The notes under the pieces: model-generated
Seen by the model: the letters and a program-made list of their open reading frames with translations, nothing else
The model's database searches: none
What the model was told of the DNA's origin: nothing
Source: Octopus bimaculoides
Lineage: Eukaryota
DNA: 46,306 nt
Direction: 5' to 3'
NCBI RefSeq assembly: GCF_001194135.2
Contig: NC_068981.1
Coordinates: 177,533,667-177,579,972 of the forward strand
Shown: piece after piece, positions 1 through 12,756 of the stretch
Numbering within the stretch: the stretch's first letter is position 1
Layout of the letters: every line of letters starts with the position of its first letter
Program-made: the position numbers and the translations under genes

Positions 1-293
1 TGCGTTCCTGTCACTGCATGAGCACGCGCTATTCTGTTCTTTTTTCTCTTCTGGCATCTGAAGCCTCGGGAAATGCTTGTCAAAAGAACAAGACAAGCGT
101 TCCAAAATTATGTTTCTCGACATTTTTCAAATGTCAAGAAGGAAATTTTTGTATTTTGCTAGGGCCGAAACTGCCCCTGGGGGTCAATTCCTGCCCTTGA
201 AAATACACACAAATGAAGCCTAGGTGCTTCGCAACAAAATTATTTAAAAATTCCAACAAAATGTGGACAGTAAAAGGTCAAATAAACGTTTAC

Positions 294-318
294 CTTCGCA
301 GCCGATGTGACAGCACAT
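294..318 (-). CDS. Candidate alternative first coding exon (MCCHIGCE + phase-1 G)
   Basis: Minus strand reads ATG TGC TGT CAC ATC GGC TGC GAA G|GTAAACGT. Same phase and donor as the exons at 3429-3513 and 34366-34511. Very short, so support comes mainly from the shared pattern. Confidence 0.4.
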
Positions 319-328
319 CCATGAGAAG

Positions 329-2262
329 AGATAGATAGATAGATAGATAGATAGTGCACACATGGATGGGTGGATAGAAAGATAGATAACAGAGGGGATA
401 GATGGAAGGATAGTCGGAGGAATGGATGGATGGAACAGATAGATAGATGCAAACATGGATGGGTGGATAGAAGGATGGATGACAGGAGAGATGGATGAAT
501 GGATTCATGGAGGGGAGGGAAAGATGGAAAGGTGGATGGTTGGCTGGCTGGATAGATGGAATGATGGGTTGATGGATGGATACATGGAAGGATGGTTAGA
601 TGGATGGACTGAAGGATAGATGGAAGGATGGACAGATGGTAGGATGGATAGATGAATGGATGGATAGACAGATAGATAGATAGGCAGATAAATAGATAGG
701 TGAATGGATGGGTAGATTGGATGGACGATTGGATGGATTGATAGATAGGTAGGTAGATAGATGGGTGAATGGATAGATAGATGGTTGGAATGGCATGTAG
801 ATAGACAAATGGACAGGTAGATGGATGGATGGATGGATGGATGGATGGTTAGATTGATGGATGGATGTCTGGATGAACGTATGGAGAGTTACATAGATGA
901 ATGGATGGATAGAATGGGTAACATGTTTCTTGATGGATGGATGGATAGGCTGTTACTTTCCTTTTTTGTTTTGATGGCTGGATAGACACCTGGGTGGATG
1001 CATGGATAGTAATGGAAATGGATTGCTGGATAGGTACATAGATGGATTGACAGTTTTATGGATGTATGGATAGAGGGAGAGGTGTATGGTTATTTAGCTG
1101 GACAGGTAGTTACCTAGATGGATGGATAGATAGACGGATGGACAGTGACCTAGATTGATGCATAAATGGATAGACAATTACCTGGGTGCATGGATGGATG
1201 GATAGTTACTGAACAGTAAGGCTGGATGGTTACCAAGTGGGATGGATGTATGGATGGATCGTTAGCCAAGAGAATTCGATGGATAGTCGGACGGATAGTT
1301 ACCTATATGGATGGATGGATAGTTGCATAGCTGGATAGATTGAAATACTTTTTTTCTGAATGGATGGCTGGATAACTAAACTGAGCGATAGATGGATAGA
1401 CAGTTATATGGATGGATGGATGGATGGATGGTTATGTAAATGTATTGATAGTTTCATGGATAGTTACCTGGGTAGCTGCAGTGTAGTCAACTAGATGGAG
1501 TGATGGAGGTTAGTTTAGAAGGACAGATACTTACCTAGATGCATGATTGGATGGACGGATGGATGGATAGAGGGATGGATGGAGGGATGACAGCTACCTA
1601 AATTGGTGTTTAGATGGATTGAGTTTCATAGATGGATAGATAGATGCATGAATGGATAGTTACCTAGGTGGATGGATGGAGGGAGGGCGGAAGCATTATC
1701 TAAATGGATGGACAGATAGATAGATAGTTAATAGACTGGTAGACAGATAGATGGACAGGCAGGTATAGATCGATGGACGGGTACAGCGTTACCTAGTCAG
1801 ATAGTTACTTGGATAGGTGGATAGATGCAAGGATAAATACTTGGACAGATCGATAGAAAGATAGTTACCTAGATGGATGGATGGAATGTTACCTGGATAG
1901 ATGGAGGGTTATCTAGATAGAGAAAGAATGAATGGATGCATAGTCGCCTAGATAAATATATTGTTACCTGGATGGGTGGACACATAGTCACCTGGATGGA
2001 TGGATGAATATATAATTACCTAGATAGATTGATGGGTGAATAGTCAGTCACCCAAATGGATGAGGGGATCGAGGGGTGGATGCACGGACGGACGAATAGT
2101 TACCTTGATATGTGAATGGATGGATGCTTACCTAGATGGGTGGATAGGTAGAAAGATCTTTTGATAGAGATCGATGTGTATTTAAGATAGACACATAGAT
2201 CGGTAGGTAGATATATGGATAGTAGCTTGACAGAGCGACGTTTAGAGATATTTAGGTAGCGG
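329..2262. repeat. Degenerate (GATA/GGAT)n satellite of about 1.9 kb with an embedded recurring GTTACCTAG motif
   Basis: Continuous gata/ggat/gatg tetramers. From about 1100 to 2140 they are punctuated by more than 20 variants of gttacctag. Confidence 0.95.
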
Positions 2263-3428
2263 GAAAGATTGTTCGAAATCATATATATATATATAGTAAA
2301 TAGAGTCATTGCACACACACGTACATATACAAGGCTTTGTGCATATCCAATCGTACGTGTCTACATGTATATGCACGCTCACGTAAACCAAATTGATGTC
2401 GGCTGTAATGAAATGTTAAACTATTTGCAATGTTTCCACTGAGTAATATTTATCAACTCCGCTTTGCAATCTATTGTAATCATATATAAACGGGCACCTT
2501 GGCTATTGACGCACTCGTAATACTCTCCACCTTCAAGTTTCTCCGCCTCTCCACCTTCATACAATGGTTAATCTTCAACTTTTACATTTAACATTTCTCC
2601 CTGACTGGTGGGTTGCTAAAGATTTCCATGCTTTCCTCTTATTTCCTCTCCCTTTCCCAATCATCTATTTACCTCCTCCCCCACTACTACCCTTTCCTTT
2701 CCCCGACCCTCTTCGTGTCTTTAACTCACCTTATGTACATTGTATGCCAACGTTAACCTTAGCTATATCTATGAAACAGCTTCCCTTTATGCATTCAATC
2801 TTATATTCCCCACTCCATTTCGTTAACTTCTCTTTCAATTATTATAACGAGAAAGAATTCCCCCCTCCGTCGTCGACTTACCCTTATTTTCTTTCTTTTC
2901 TTCGGTCTTTCTCTGCTGTCACTATCTCTCTCTCTCTCTCTAACCTTGCTATATAATCTTTTAATAAAGATGAGAGATAGAGATAGAGAGAAGAGCAGAA
3001 AAAGAGTGTGAGAGAGATTCATATATTGCCACCAACATAAACGTGTACACAGCCACAAGCTTAGAACGAAAAAGACCAAATAATAATAATGATGATAAAT
3101 AAGTTAATGTCCTTCACCCTTTCTTTCTTTTTCACCCCCGAAACACTCTTCATCATTCATCCCGATCCTCCCCCTCATACCGCTCGCTCTTTAACACACA
3201 GCATAAAGTAAATATGCTTATAAAGGTTCACTTACAGCTAGCTACACAAACACTCACATTCACACTCACACAAACAGTTATGTTCTCATCCTTAACGTTT
3301 CTTTCCTCTCATCGATCGATAGATAGCAAGTGTCCGTGACGCCCTCCACCGAAAAACTAGAAAGCAGATAGAGAATAAAAGAAAATAAATAGGTCACAGC
3401 CTCGTTTTCCACATGAATCTACGTTTAC

Positions 3429-3513
3429 CCTTGTCACCAGCATACTGCCAGCCCTGACGGATTGATTCCGAACAGTCCCGAATATTGACGAACTGGTTGG
3501 TCCAGGCTTGCAT
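3429..3513 (-). CDS. Candidate alternative first coding exon (MQAWTNQFVNIRDCSESIRQGWQYAGDK + phase-1 G), product unidentified
   Basis: Start context agcAACATGC with an in-frame TGA upstream, 28 open codons of ordinary composition, donor G|GTAAACGT, CpG-retaining surroundings. Confidence 0.6.
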
Positions 3514-3533
3514 GTTGCTGATCACATTGTTGT

Positions 3534-3594
3534 CCAATCAAACAACAGATTCAAACTACCGCCACCAGATATCGCTTCCCGCAATATGACGTCA
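3534..3594 (-). promoter_or_regulatory. CCAAT box and perfect CRE palindrome just upstream of the 3513 ATG
   Basis: CCAATCA at 3534-3540 and TGACGTCA at 3587-3594. Motif match and position only. Confidence 0.4.
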
Positions 3595-5835
3595 CCAAAG
3601 CACAGCATTTCTTCTTCCTTGCTCTCTATTTTCAAATGCAATGTACTCCAACATTACTCCCGTTTTCTTTATTTTTATTTTATTAGCCCCCCCCCCCCAG
3701 TATTAATTAATGTACACGTAAACACTCCTCCATTATTGATACCTTGTTCCTTCACTCCTGTTTGTCGATTGTACACCAATTGTATTCGTTACTTCTCTCC
3801 CACTTTCATATTGCATACATATACTCACACATTACTGTACATACATACGCTTTCTCTCTCTCACTCACTCTCTCTCTGTCTTTCTCTCCCTCTCCAACAA
3901 ATTCATGCAAGCAACAATAGCAAATTATAAGTATATGTATATCTGTCAGTGTACTTTCCCTTTCAGCCCTTCTTTTAAACCTTGTCCAAATAGCTCATTT
4001 TAGCGCGCCCTTCTCCTGTTATATATGTGTGTATATATATATATATATATTATATATATATGTGTGTGTGTGTGTTTACGAATGAAAAACCGGATAAAAT
4101 TTTACGTAGCTGCATTCCATTTACCTAACTTATCATTTGATCTAGTAAATTAAATGTGTCTATTTTTTGGTGTATGTGTAAATAGCTAAATACAAATAAT
4201 CGGAATCTGCGACCAAACAATTCAATACGTCATGGTATGAGTGAGTGTGTGTGTGTGTGTGGGCAGGTGTGTCATAGTAAGCTAGGTATACTATGCGGTG
4301 TGTCTGTGTGTGCGTTGTATATACGCGTGTGTTGGAACCGGTGTGTGTGTGTGAGAAGTGAGTGCACGCATTGTGTCTGTGTGTTTGCTTCAATTACTGT
4401 TGGACATATATTTTTAACACACGACAAAAGCTCGTAATTAGCTGTATGTTATGGGACTGGAGAGGTCTGCCAGTATTCAGAGAGGGAGGGAAAACAAGAA
4501 GCCGATCACAATGTGTATAAGTGAGTGTGAATGTGTGTGTGTGTACACGCGCCGATAGCCTTAGCTATGTTGATGTGTCTTGTTTTCTGAGACACGTTGA
4601 TCGACTTCACTTCCTTTGTAAAAGCCTAGTGGGTGCGAGAAAATACACTTATCGCAGGTTTTGAAAACAAGGCTGCAGAATTGTATTTATTAACAAAGTA
4701 AATAATCTTTTTATTTGAGATGACTGGTGTGTGTGTGCGCGTTGAAAGACCACCTAATATATGCAATGATACACATGCCTTTAAGTGATTGCTCGATTTG
4801 CTAGAAGTAGCAGTGAAATCTTCCTCAAATGACATCCTACAGGTATTTAAAGAAAAAAGGATATATTAGCTAATGTAGTGCTAAGTACGCCTGACTGGAG
4901 CTAAACAACAAAAGAACACGAGAGCTAATTAGATAACGGTTTCTTGAAACATGCAGAACGCCACAGATTTGTGAAGGTTCAATTTGAGGTAGGTTTTGTG
5001 TAACAAGTGAAGTGATTTTTCCGAACCGGGTGGAAACGTGGAAAATTGCCCTAAGCTGCAGTGATATGTCCAGAACGAATTTACTATTATATACACAGTA
5101 TGTGTGTGTGAAGGGGGAGAGGAAGACAGAAGGAGAGTATTGCTTCCACGCGTAAAGAAAGCCAAACGGGTCGGTATTGAATCAGGACAAACAGATGGTA
5201 CTATAAAATAACAGTTAAATCAGTGAGTCGAGTTAGCATTGATAGATAGGCCCTTCACCAGCAATCTGCCGCTCTTTCTACTGCTTGTTTGTCTGATAAA
5301 TACTTGAGATATTGTTAACAGGTCATGCATTGGTAGTTTACATTTACGGATCTATAACAGGACAGATTACAAAATGTACAAAGAGAGATAGAGGAGGGAG
5401 CTAGATATAAAAGAGAGATAGCGGAAAGAAAACAACTAGAATCAGGTTTTATTATGATCCGCTCGCGCTAACAAGCAGAACGTCAGGTGTAAAAGTCTCG
5501 ATGGAAATATAAGTATTAGACATGAACAATAAATACTTGTTAACAAGAATTCGAATATTCATGTAAAAAGAAAAAGGTACGCACGCGTTATGGAGACGAT
5601 AGATATATTAATTACAGTATTAATATGTATACAGGAAAATAAACACCTAATAGGAAAATACCTATCGTGCATAGAAATAAAACATGTAAATAATATGCAT
5701 ATATTTTTTGCTAAGAGAATAAAGCTTTAGCAAAGTCTGTGGATGTTTCTTCACCGATATTAGTTCTATATACCGCAATTAAGAACAAACTATAGGCAAG
5801 TAAACAAGATTTTTATTTTTGCCTTTCAATTTATC

Positions 5836-6648
5836 GGAGTCGATAAAATAACTACCAGTTGAGCACTGGGGTCATTGCAATCGACAAGCCTCTCCCCACA
5901 AAATTTTACGCACTGTGCCTATAGTAGAAAGATTTATAATTACTATCAGTGCTCAACTGGTACATTTTATATCAACTCTGAAAGGATGAAAGGTAAAGGC
6001 AACCTTAGTGGAACTTGAACACAGAACATAAAGAGCCGGAAGAAATACTGCTATGCATTTTCTCCGGCGTGCTAACGGTTCTGATAGTTGGCCGCCTTAA
6101 CCATTTCAATTTTTTAGTGATACCTGCCTAAAAGAGCGTAACGCACGTGCTTACTAACGTTGTGTAACAAGCAGAATTATAAATATATTTAGGATGATTA
6201 TTGACTGACGGGGAGCTGGCAAAATCGTTGGCGCATTGGACAAAATACTTAACAGCATTTCCTCCGGATTTATATATTTTGAGTTCAAATACCGCCAAGG
6301 TCAACTTTGCCCTTCATCTCTATGGAGTCCGTAAAATAAAGCACCAGTCAATTACTAGGATCGATGTAATCGACTTGCACACCTACGCTCAAAACTGATG
6401 GCCTTGTACTAAGCGAGGTCGACTTTGCCTTTCATCCTTTCCGGGTCGATAACGTAAGTTCCAGCTAAGCCCTGGGGTCGATGTAACGACTATTGCTCTC
6501 CCTCAAATTTTCAGGCCTTGTTCGTATAATAGAAAGAACTATCATTGACGGCGGTCAGCTAGCAGAATCGTTAGTACGCCTTGGTGGCATTTCTTCTGGT
6601 TCTTTACTCAGAAGAGTTCAAATACCACTGAAGTCAACTTTGCCATTG
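5836..6648. mobile_element. Cluster of five fragments of a tRNA-derived SINE (family A)
   Basis: Shared body GAGTTCAAAT..CCGCC.AGGTCGACTTTGCCTTTCATCC...GGGGTCGAT at about 5836-5935(+), 5945-6100(-), 6205-6405(+), 6412-6545(+) and 6546-6648(+). Confidence 0.85.
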
Positions 6649-9600
6649 GCGATCAGTGTTCTGGAATTAGTTGGGGTTCTTGATCACCCTATTTTGGTCA
6701 GAATATTCAGGTTATAATTTTCTGGTTAACTGAAAGAAAACTGTCCCTGAAAAGTGGGGCAGAGGTAACGAACATCGCTTCTGTCATATATGATTGCCTG
6801 ACCTTCATCACTAGCTCCAGTTCACGTATGATTCGACTAGGACACTCTTTTGCATTCTACTGGTCAGGCGCTCCATTAGCAGTAAACGTCCTTGACAATG
6901 AGCAGGTGTGATCACTATTTGTCAGATGGGTATTTCCACGGCTTATTTCTTAGAAGGGTTGTAGTCCTTGGTCAAGCAAAGACCAAGACAACAGCTGGCA
7001 TTTGGAATGTCATCAAGCGCACACAGCCATCTACCAGTTGGGCCATGCAGTCAGTAGAAGTTCCACTTTGGCATTCTATAGAGGTGAGCAAGAGCATTAT
7101 TCTCATGGACTCTGGACACCAAGGAAAATCAACTTGCTGGTCTGTTCTGGACGACTTTTAGGCAGGGGCCAATGCATAATTGCCAGAAATCTCTGGCCTA
7201 GAAGTGCAACCAGGGGTGGTAGTCATTTCGAAAAATTTCAATTTTTCTTATCTTTTTCATGGCTTAATCCAAGAATGAAGTACAGCATCCTGTGATTGTT
7301 TTCAGGTCTTCAAAAACTGGTTGGAGGAAAAGGTTATCATCAGATCAGAGATCTAGTCCAACATTTCGGGCGCGAGAATGCTGTCATCCAGGTTTGCCCG
7401 TGATGTGTGCAGAGCAACAAAACTGTTCTGCACACACTCATCCAGTGCCCAAGCACTGCTGACTAGTAGAGTTATGTCAAACACATGCTGTCATGGGAAG
7501 GACAGAACCAGCCATCAGCTATGTCCATTGTGAAGATCACCTTCCTAAGTAAAAGAGGTCTTAGAGAAAGAGGTTATTTGGTGGAACACAGAAACTGCAA
7601 GAGATTCATTAATACAATCAGGTGTAGTATGTCAGAAAAAGAAAAAAAATACTTCACTAAAAATTATACTATTACATTATTCTGAAATGGCACTTCTTTG
7701 ACAGATATGCCAATTAATAATGTAACTTAATTTTGTTTGCCGTCTGTTTATTCCAGTCTCTTCTATTTCCCTCAAGTTAAAAGTATGCTTGGCTATATCT
7801 GAATGGCATGCATGTCATTTTGATGTTATTGCATTAGATTGATAGATAAACAAACAGACAGAGAGGCAGACAGGCAGACAGACAGATAGATATAAATAAA
7901 ACCCAGGGAAAGTCAATTTGTAACAAGAGAATCCCTTAAAACAGTGACCTCAGCTGTAACATGATAAAATTGATAAAATTAGCATAAACCAGCTATGAGA
8001 TTCATATTAGTAGAAACTTGTAAGAATTATAAAACAGCTTGAGTTTAGGAATAATTGAAGTTATGTATTGAAAATTCAAGTGCAGAAATAATACAGGGGA
8101 AAAAAATTAAAATGAAGAGAATCAGTTTCATGCTGAATAGATATATCTTAGTTTACATTTGGCTAAACAATACCAAGATTTTGATAAGCTAACTGTGGAT
8201 TATTTTGTAATCTTAGCTAAAGCTATAGCCTCGCATATTACTTGAAGTTCAGTTGAAATTAGCAAAATACAAAAAAAGAGTATAATTTAATGCAAAAAGA
8301 AAAGAATTTATAAAAAAATGAAAGCGTATGAATAAAGTTAGGGAGACAGAGATTTCTTATGTTCTTGAAGGTTACTAGATATTTTGAATTTTCTTACTTT
8401 TTTCATGGTTTAATCAGAGAATGAAGGACAGCTTTTATGACTGTTGGTAGGAGGAAGAAAAGAAGTTATCAGACCAGGGACCTAGTCCAAATGCTAGTAA
8501 CACTAACAACTCTGCTAAAGGTACTCATAGCCCAAGTAAAGATGTTAAAACAGGCAACTGATTAAGTATACCACCTAAAACAGTAGTAGTCCCTCTGATA
8601 GGCTGCTACAGATTTCACCTATCAGTATTTTACTCACAACACTTTATAATCAACTTGAGGTGACGCACAATAGGATTGAACCTAAAATTACAATTTCAAA
8701 ACATGCTAGCTATACCTAATTGAAGGATAAGGATAGTTTGGTGAAGTTGAAGATCAGCTAAGTGAGGGGAATATATATGCTAGGATGATTGCCCCTGGAG
8801 AGGCAGAGTTGAAGAAAGTATTCACTATACTCAGACAAGATGCATAAGAAGAATAACAAAAGAAGCAAGTTCATCAAACAAGTTTTGGTGGGACAGAGAT
8901 AGGGCCTGATCAAAACCACTATTGCCTAAGACTTAAGTGCCAAATGTAAAATATCAGATTAAAAATTTAGTTTTCTTTCAGGCCAGACTCCACAGCTACA
9001 TTGGATGTAACCAGTTTTTATTTATTTACTTATTCAACACAAAATAGCAGTATTATAAACAAATTATTTACTTACGACTAAAACAACAAGAAAAACGGCA
9101 AAGTTTCAACACTTTATTAGTTTAAAAATAAAATACTACAATTAACAATATGCACTACAGTAAATCCAGCACTGAAAAAAAAAAAAAAAAAGGGCCTCCT
9201 CAAGTACATGTTTATACTAGCTAATGGTTAATCTGAACCAGGATAAACTGTTGCAACAACAATAAATAAGAGAAGAATTCAGTGTATTTGTGGTCAAGTG
9301 GTTGTAGTTTGCTTGGATTTGAAGGTTTTCTGTACATTGTCAAAAATGTGTGAAGTTAGAAAAGTTGTTGTAAATCACAAAAATCCAGAGGACCAAATCA
9401 TATTTCTGGTTTCTATAGTATTAACCAAGACAAAAGATAACTCTTGAATAAGATTTTGAGTTATTGCTTGAGCTTTCCTCATAACCCAACACTACAAGTG
9501 ATCTCAGCACTACTACTAATGAATTACTCAATTACAGTACTGCAATAAATTATATTACCTGTAGCATCTATTTATAGATAAGAAGCCTTTACAGACACTT

Positions 9601-11663
9601 TGCTAGAAAGAGCAGCCAAATCCCTCCCAGAGCGTAATCTAGTTTTTGCACAAGACATTAGTGTGTGATTTGTTACTTACACAAAAGACAAGATGGTCAT
9701 TGATATGCTTTGACTATTTATCTGCTCAGTTAGGGATCTCAACAACTTAGCTGAATTTGTTAACTGAAAGTTACATATTTTTGCTACAAACACAATATAG
9801 CACTGGTGACCAGATACAAACTACCATCTTCTGAACTAGTCATCTTCTTGACTGACTTACTTGTGCTGTCACTTTGTAGATAGTCAATATAGAAATAAAT
9901 TAAAATAATATTCTGGCCATAAGAAGCAAATCCAGCCTCTTTGATATAGTCTTAGCTATATTATGAGGGGTCACTATAGAAGGTTAATGATTATAAAGTC
10001 TTTTGGGAAGAGCAGAATGCTTTAGATGTATGCTGTTCATAGGTAGAAATATAGTGTCATACACAAGTTTCTAAGTATCCACAGTGCTTGTGTTTCTGTA
10101 CCATTAACTGAAACAATGATGTATCTCTGCTCTAGGATATTTTTGGAGTTTTGGGTCATGGAGATTATACATGCTAAGTAAAAGGTGTAGTAGTTGCATG
10201 AAGATGAAGCCAAAGCATGGAAAGTTAGGCAGCAGATATGATTTTCACAAAAATGTATGTGTTTAGCAAGCAGAGCCACTAAAAAAGAGAATGGGATATA
10301 ACTGATCTTTAAGATATACCTGCATAGCTATCATGTAACTGAGTGTGTATGTGTGTAGCCAATGAAGCACATATGCTGCTAAGAGTAATGAGTACAGAAA
10401 TAGCAGAGCTGTCACCAACTAGCTAATAGGACAGCTGGAGTCTCAATGGACACTGCAATAAAGCAATTCACACAAGAAGTTCCATGACATTTTGAATGAG
10501 TTTTAAAAGAGTAAATCATGTTGTAACACTAATGTCAAGTACTTTGCTAACCCTGTTGATGTTCTATAGATGTTCATACTCTGATGATAGATTGATTACT
10601 GAGACAAAATTTCTTGCAAGTTGAAATTCAGAATTTCCTTTTCATAACATATTTTAACATGAAAGTGAACCCCAAAATGCTTCTCTCATTAGAAAAAAGT
10701 GTTAATGGTTGTCACTGACTCCCATTTGTAAGGAAAAGAAGCAGCAACCCTCTGTGAGCTAAAGAGAGTGTCAAAGAGTAATGCAAATTACAAGTTAAGA
10801 AGCAGATTAAATAGTGGGAAGAGGGAATTAGGACCATTGCAATACTCAAAGCTATAGATTTTGAGTAAATGACACTAAAACAAATTCCATATTAAGACAT
10901 ACACAATCTCTTTTATGTCATTTGATCAAAGTATCTAAAATGTTCACTGAAAATGGAGGCAATAATAGCATAGAAACTCAGGTGTAAAACAGTTAAATTA
11001 AATATTTTTTTAAACTGTGACAATTATCCCACTCTTTCTCTCTCTCTCTCTTGACACAAAGAATAGACTGTATGAGGTGCACATAAAAAATAATGTTTAT
11101 TTGAAACATTGGAAGTTAGTGTAGAGGAAATGCTTTCGACTGACGAGGAATGACTTAATTATGGGCTGTTGAATGTTCAAAGTTGATTTTCAAAGAAGGC
11201 TGAATGCAAGTGATAATTGAATATAATCGTAGATTTCAAGATTAATGGTAGCCTGTATCAACAACAGTCAACAGAGTAGAAGCAAAACATGAGGTGTGTT
11301 CTGCTGATATTTTAGATGAATAGGACTGAGAATAGCAGCTCTGTTCATTTTAAATAGTGAATTTTGAGTACCAAAAAATCGTCTTAATATGTAATAAAAC
11401 AAAAACAGTATAGTTCCAATATTTCTTTAATGATTTTAAAGCAGATGTTCAAAATTTTGTGAATTTCTAAATTGCATTATAATTTAACATTTTGAATCAA
11501 ATGACAACCAAACCTTGTAACCCAATAAAGTTAAAAAGAGAAATAAGATAAATTGCATTAAAGCCATAACCATAAAGTTTCATCTCCAATGATCTACTAT
11601 TTATTTAACATCTAATGAAAATAGAATTTAAATGAACATGAAATACAAATAATTTCATACAAT

Positions 11664-12008
11664 TTGTTGGCACTCCGTCGGTTACGACAACGAGGGTTCC
11701 AGCTGATCCGATCAACGGAACAGCCTGCTCGTGAAATTAACATGCAAGTGGCTGAGCACTCCACTGACACGTGTACCCTTAACGTAGTTCTCGGGGATAT
11801 TCAGCGTGACACAGTGTGACAAGGCTGGCCCTTTTGAATTACAGGTACAACAGAAACAGGAAGTAAGAGTGAGAGAAAGTTGTGGTGGAAGAGTACAGCA
11901 GGGTTCGCCACCATCCCCTGCTGGAGCCTCGTGGAGCTCTGGGAATCAAAACCGCGATCCTATGACCACGAGTCCGCTGCCCTAACTACTGGGCCATTGC
12001 GCCTCCAC
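11664..12008 (-). mobile_element. tRNA-derived SINE (family C) with a 13-bp target-site duplication
   Basis: Minus-strand head GTGGAGGCGCAATGGCCCAGTAGTTAGGGCAGCGGACTC with A/B-box-like motifs and a CAA-type tail. TSD aatttcatacaat at 11651-11663 and 12009-12021. Near-identical copy at 19219-19511. Confidence 0.9.
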
Positions 12009-12756
12009 AATTTCATACAATATGCAAAGATCAATTCATTTAAAAGTTTATTATTAAAGCAAGATGGAGAAACAAACTGAAGGCAAGATGTTTGGAGGAC
12101 TGAGATGGCTGGAGACCTCACAGGAAGACCCATCTGAGGACCCCTTAGATACATAAAAATATGCTTACATTTTTATATCAGTTGTTTTCTCTCCATAGTT
12201 CTGAAGACAGTGATATGAATAACTAGTCAAAGGGAACCTCTGCATATTCAATAAGTTGAGATAGTCATGGCTGGAGTGCCTGTGATCATAGATCTGCTCA
12301 ATCAGAGCTGATGTGATATTAAACAACTCTTTAGAATTTTAGAAACTGTTTAGAAAACCATTTCACATAGCATTCTGCATATATTACTTAACATGGATAT
12401 ACTGTAGAAAGCTACACAATTGTGTATCCGTCTCTAGACACTAAAAAGCACATAAGAATATCAGTAGCAGGTAAAAAAAAAAAAAACTCATTTTTCAACT
12501 AAAAAAACAAATTTTCATTCTTAATAGAAAAACTTTGTAGATTTAGTTTTGTTTAAAATGGATATTTGATTAACAGTATGACACCAAAAAAAATTTTTTT
12601 TAATAATAATAAAAATCAACAAATACAACCTGACCTGTGACCAAAAATATTTGAATATCTTTATTAATGTAATATGTTATTTGAACAAAAATTAAATATA
12701 TGAAATCAAAGCACTCAAAATAATCAAGAAATACAAGGTCTAAATACAAGATTTGC

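Noticed and set aside
240-2318. ORFs rich in IHPS/SIYL in the GATA satellite
   Set aside because: Repeat translations.
294-3513. Naming the minus-strand gene (Cav-beta, dystrophin/spectraplakin, KChIP and RBFOX were considered)
   Set aside because: Only architectural analogy. The shared exons are outside the window and the peptides were not recognised.
4754-4836. Possible fifth phase-1 exon on minus (tag|G ATG, MSFEEDFTATSSKSSNHLKACVSLHIL)
   Set aside because: The acceptor is good but the donor (G|GTGGTC) is weak, and the same site reads as a plus-strand donor. Not supportable without RNA data.
6720-7000. Retroviral integrase-like motif (ITPAHCQG...MERL) on minus
   Set aside because: A single weak motif with no supporting D,D35E residues in frame.
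11930-12008. tRNA gene
   Set aside because: The tRNA-like A/B boxes belong to SINE heads (also at 19440-19511 and 29950-30014). There is no complete cloverleaf, and they are embedded in TSD-flanked repeats.
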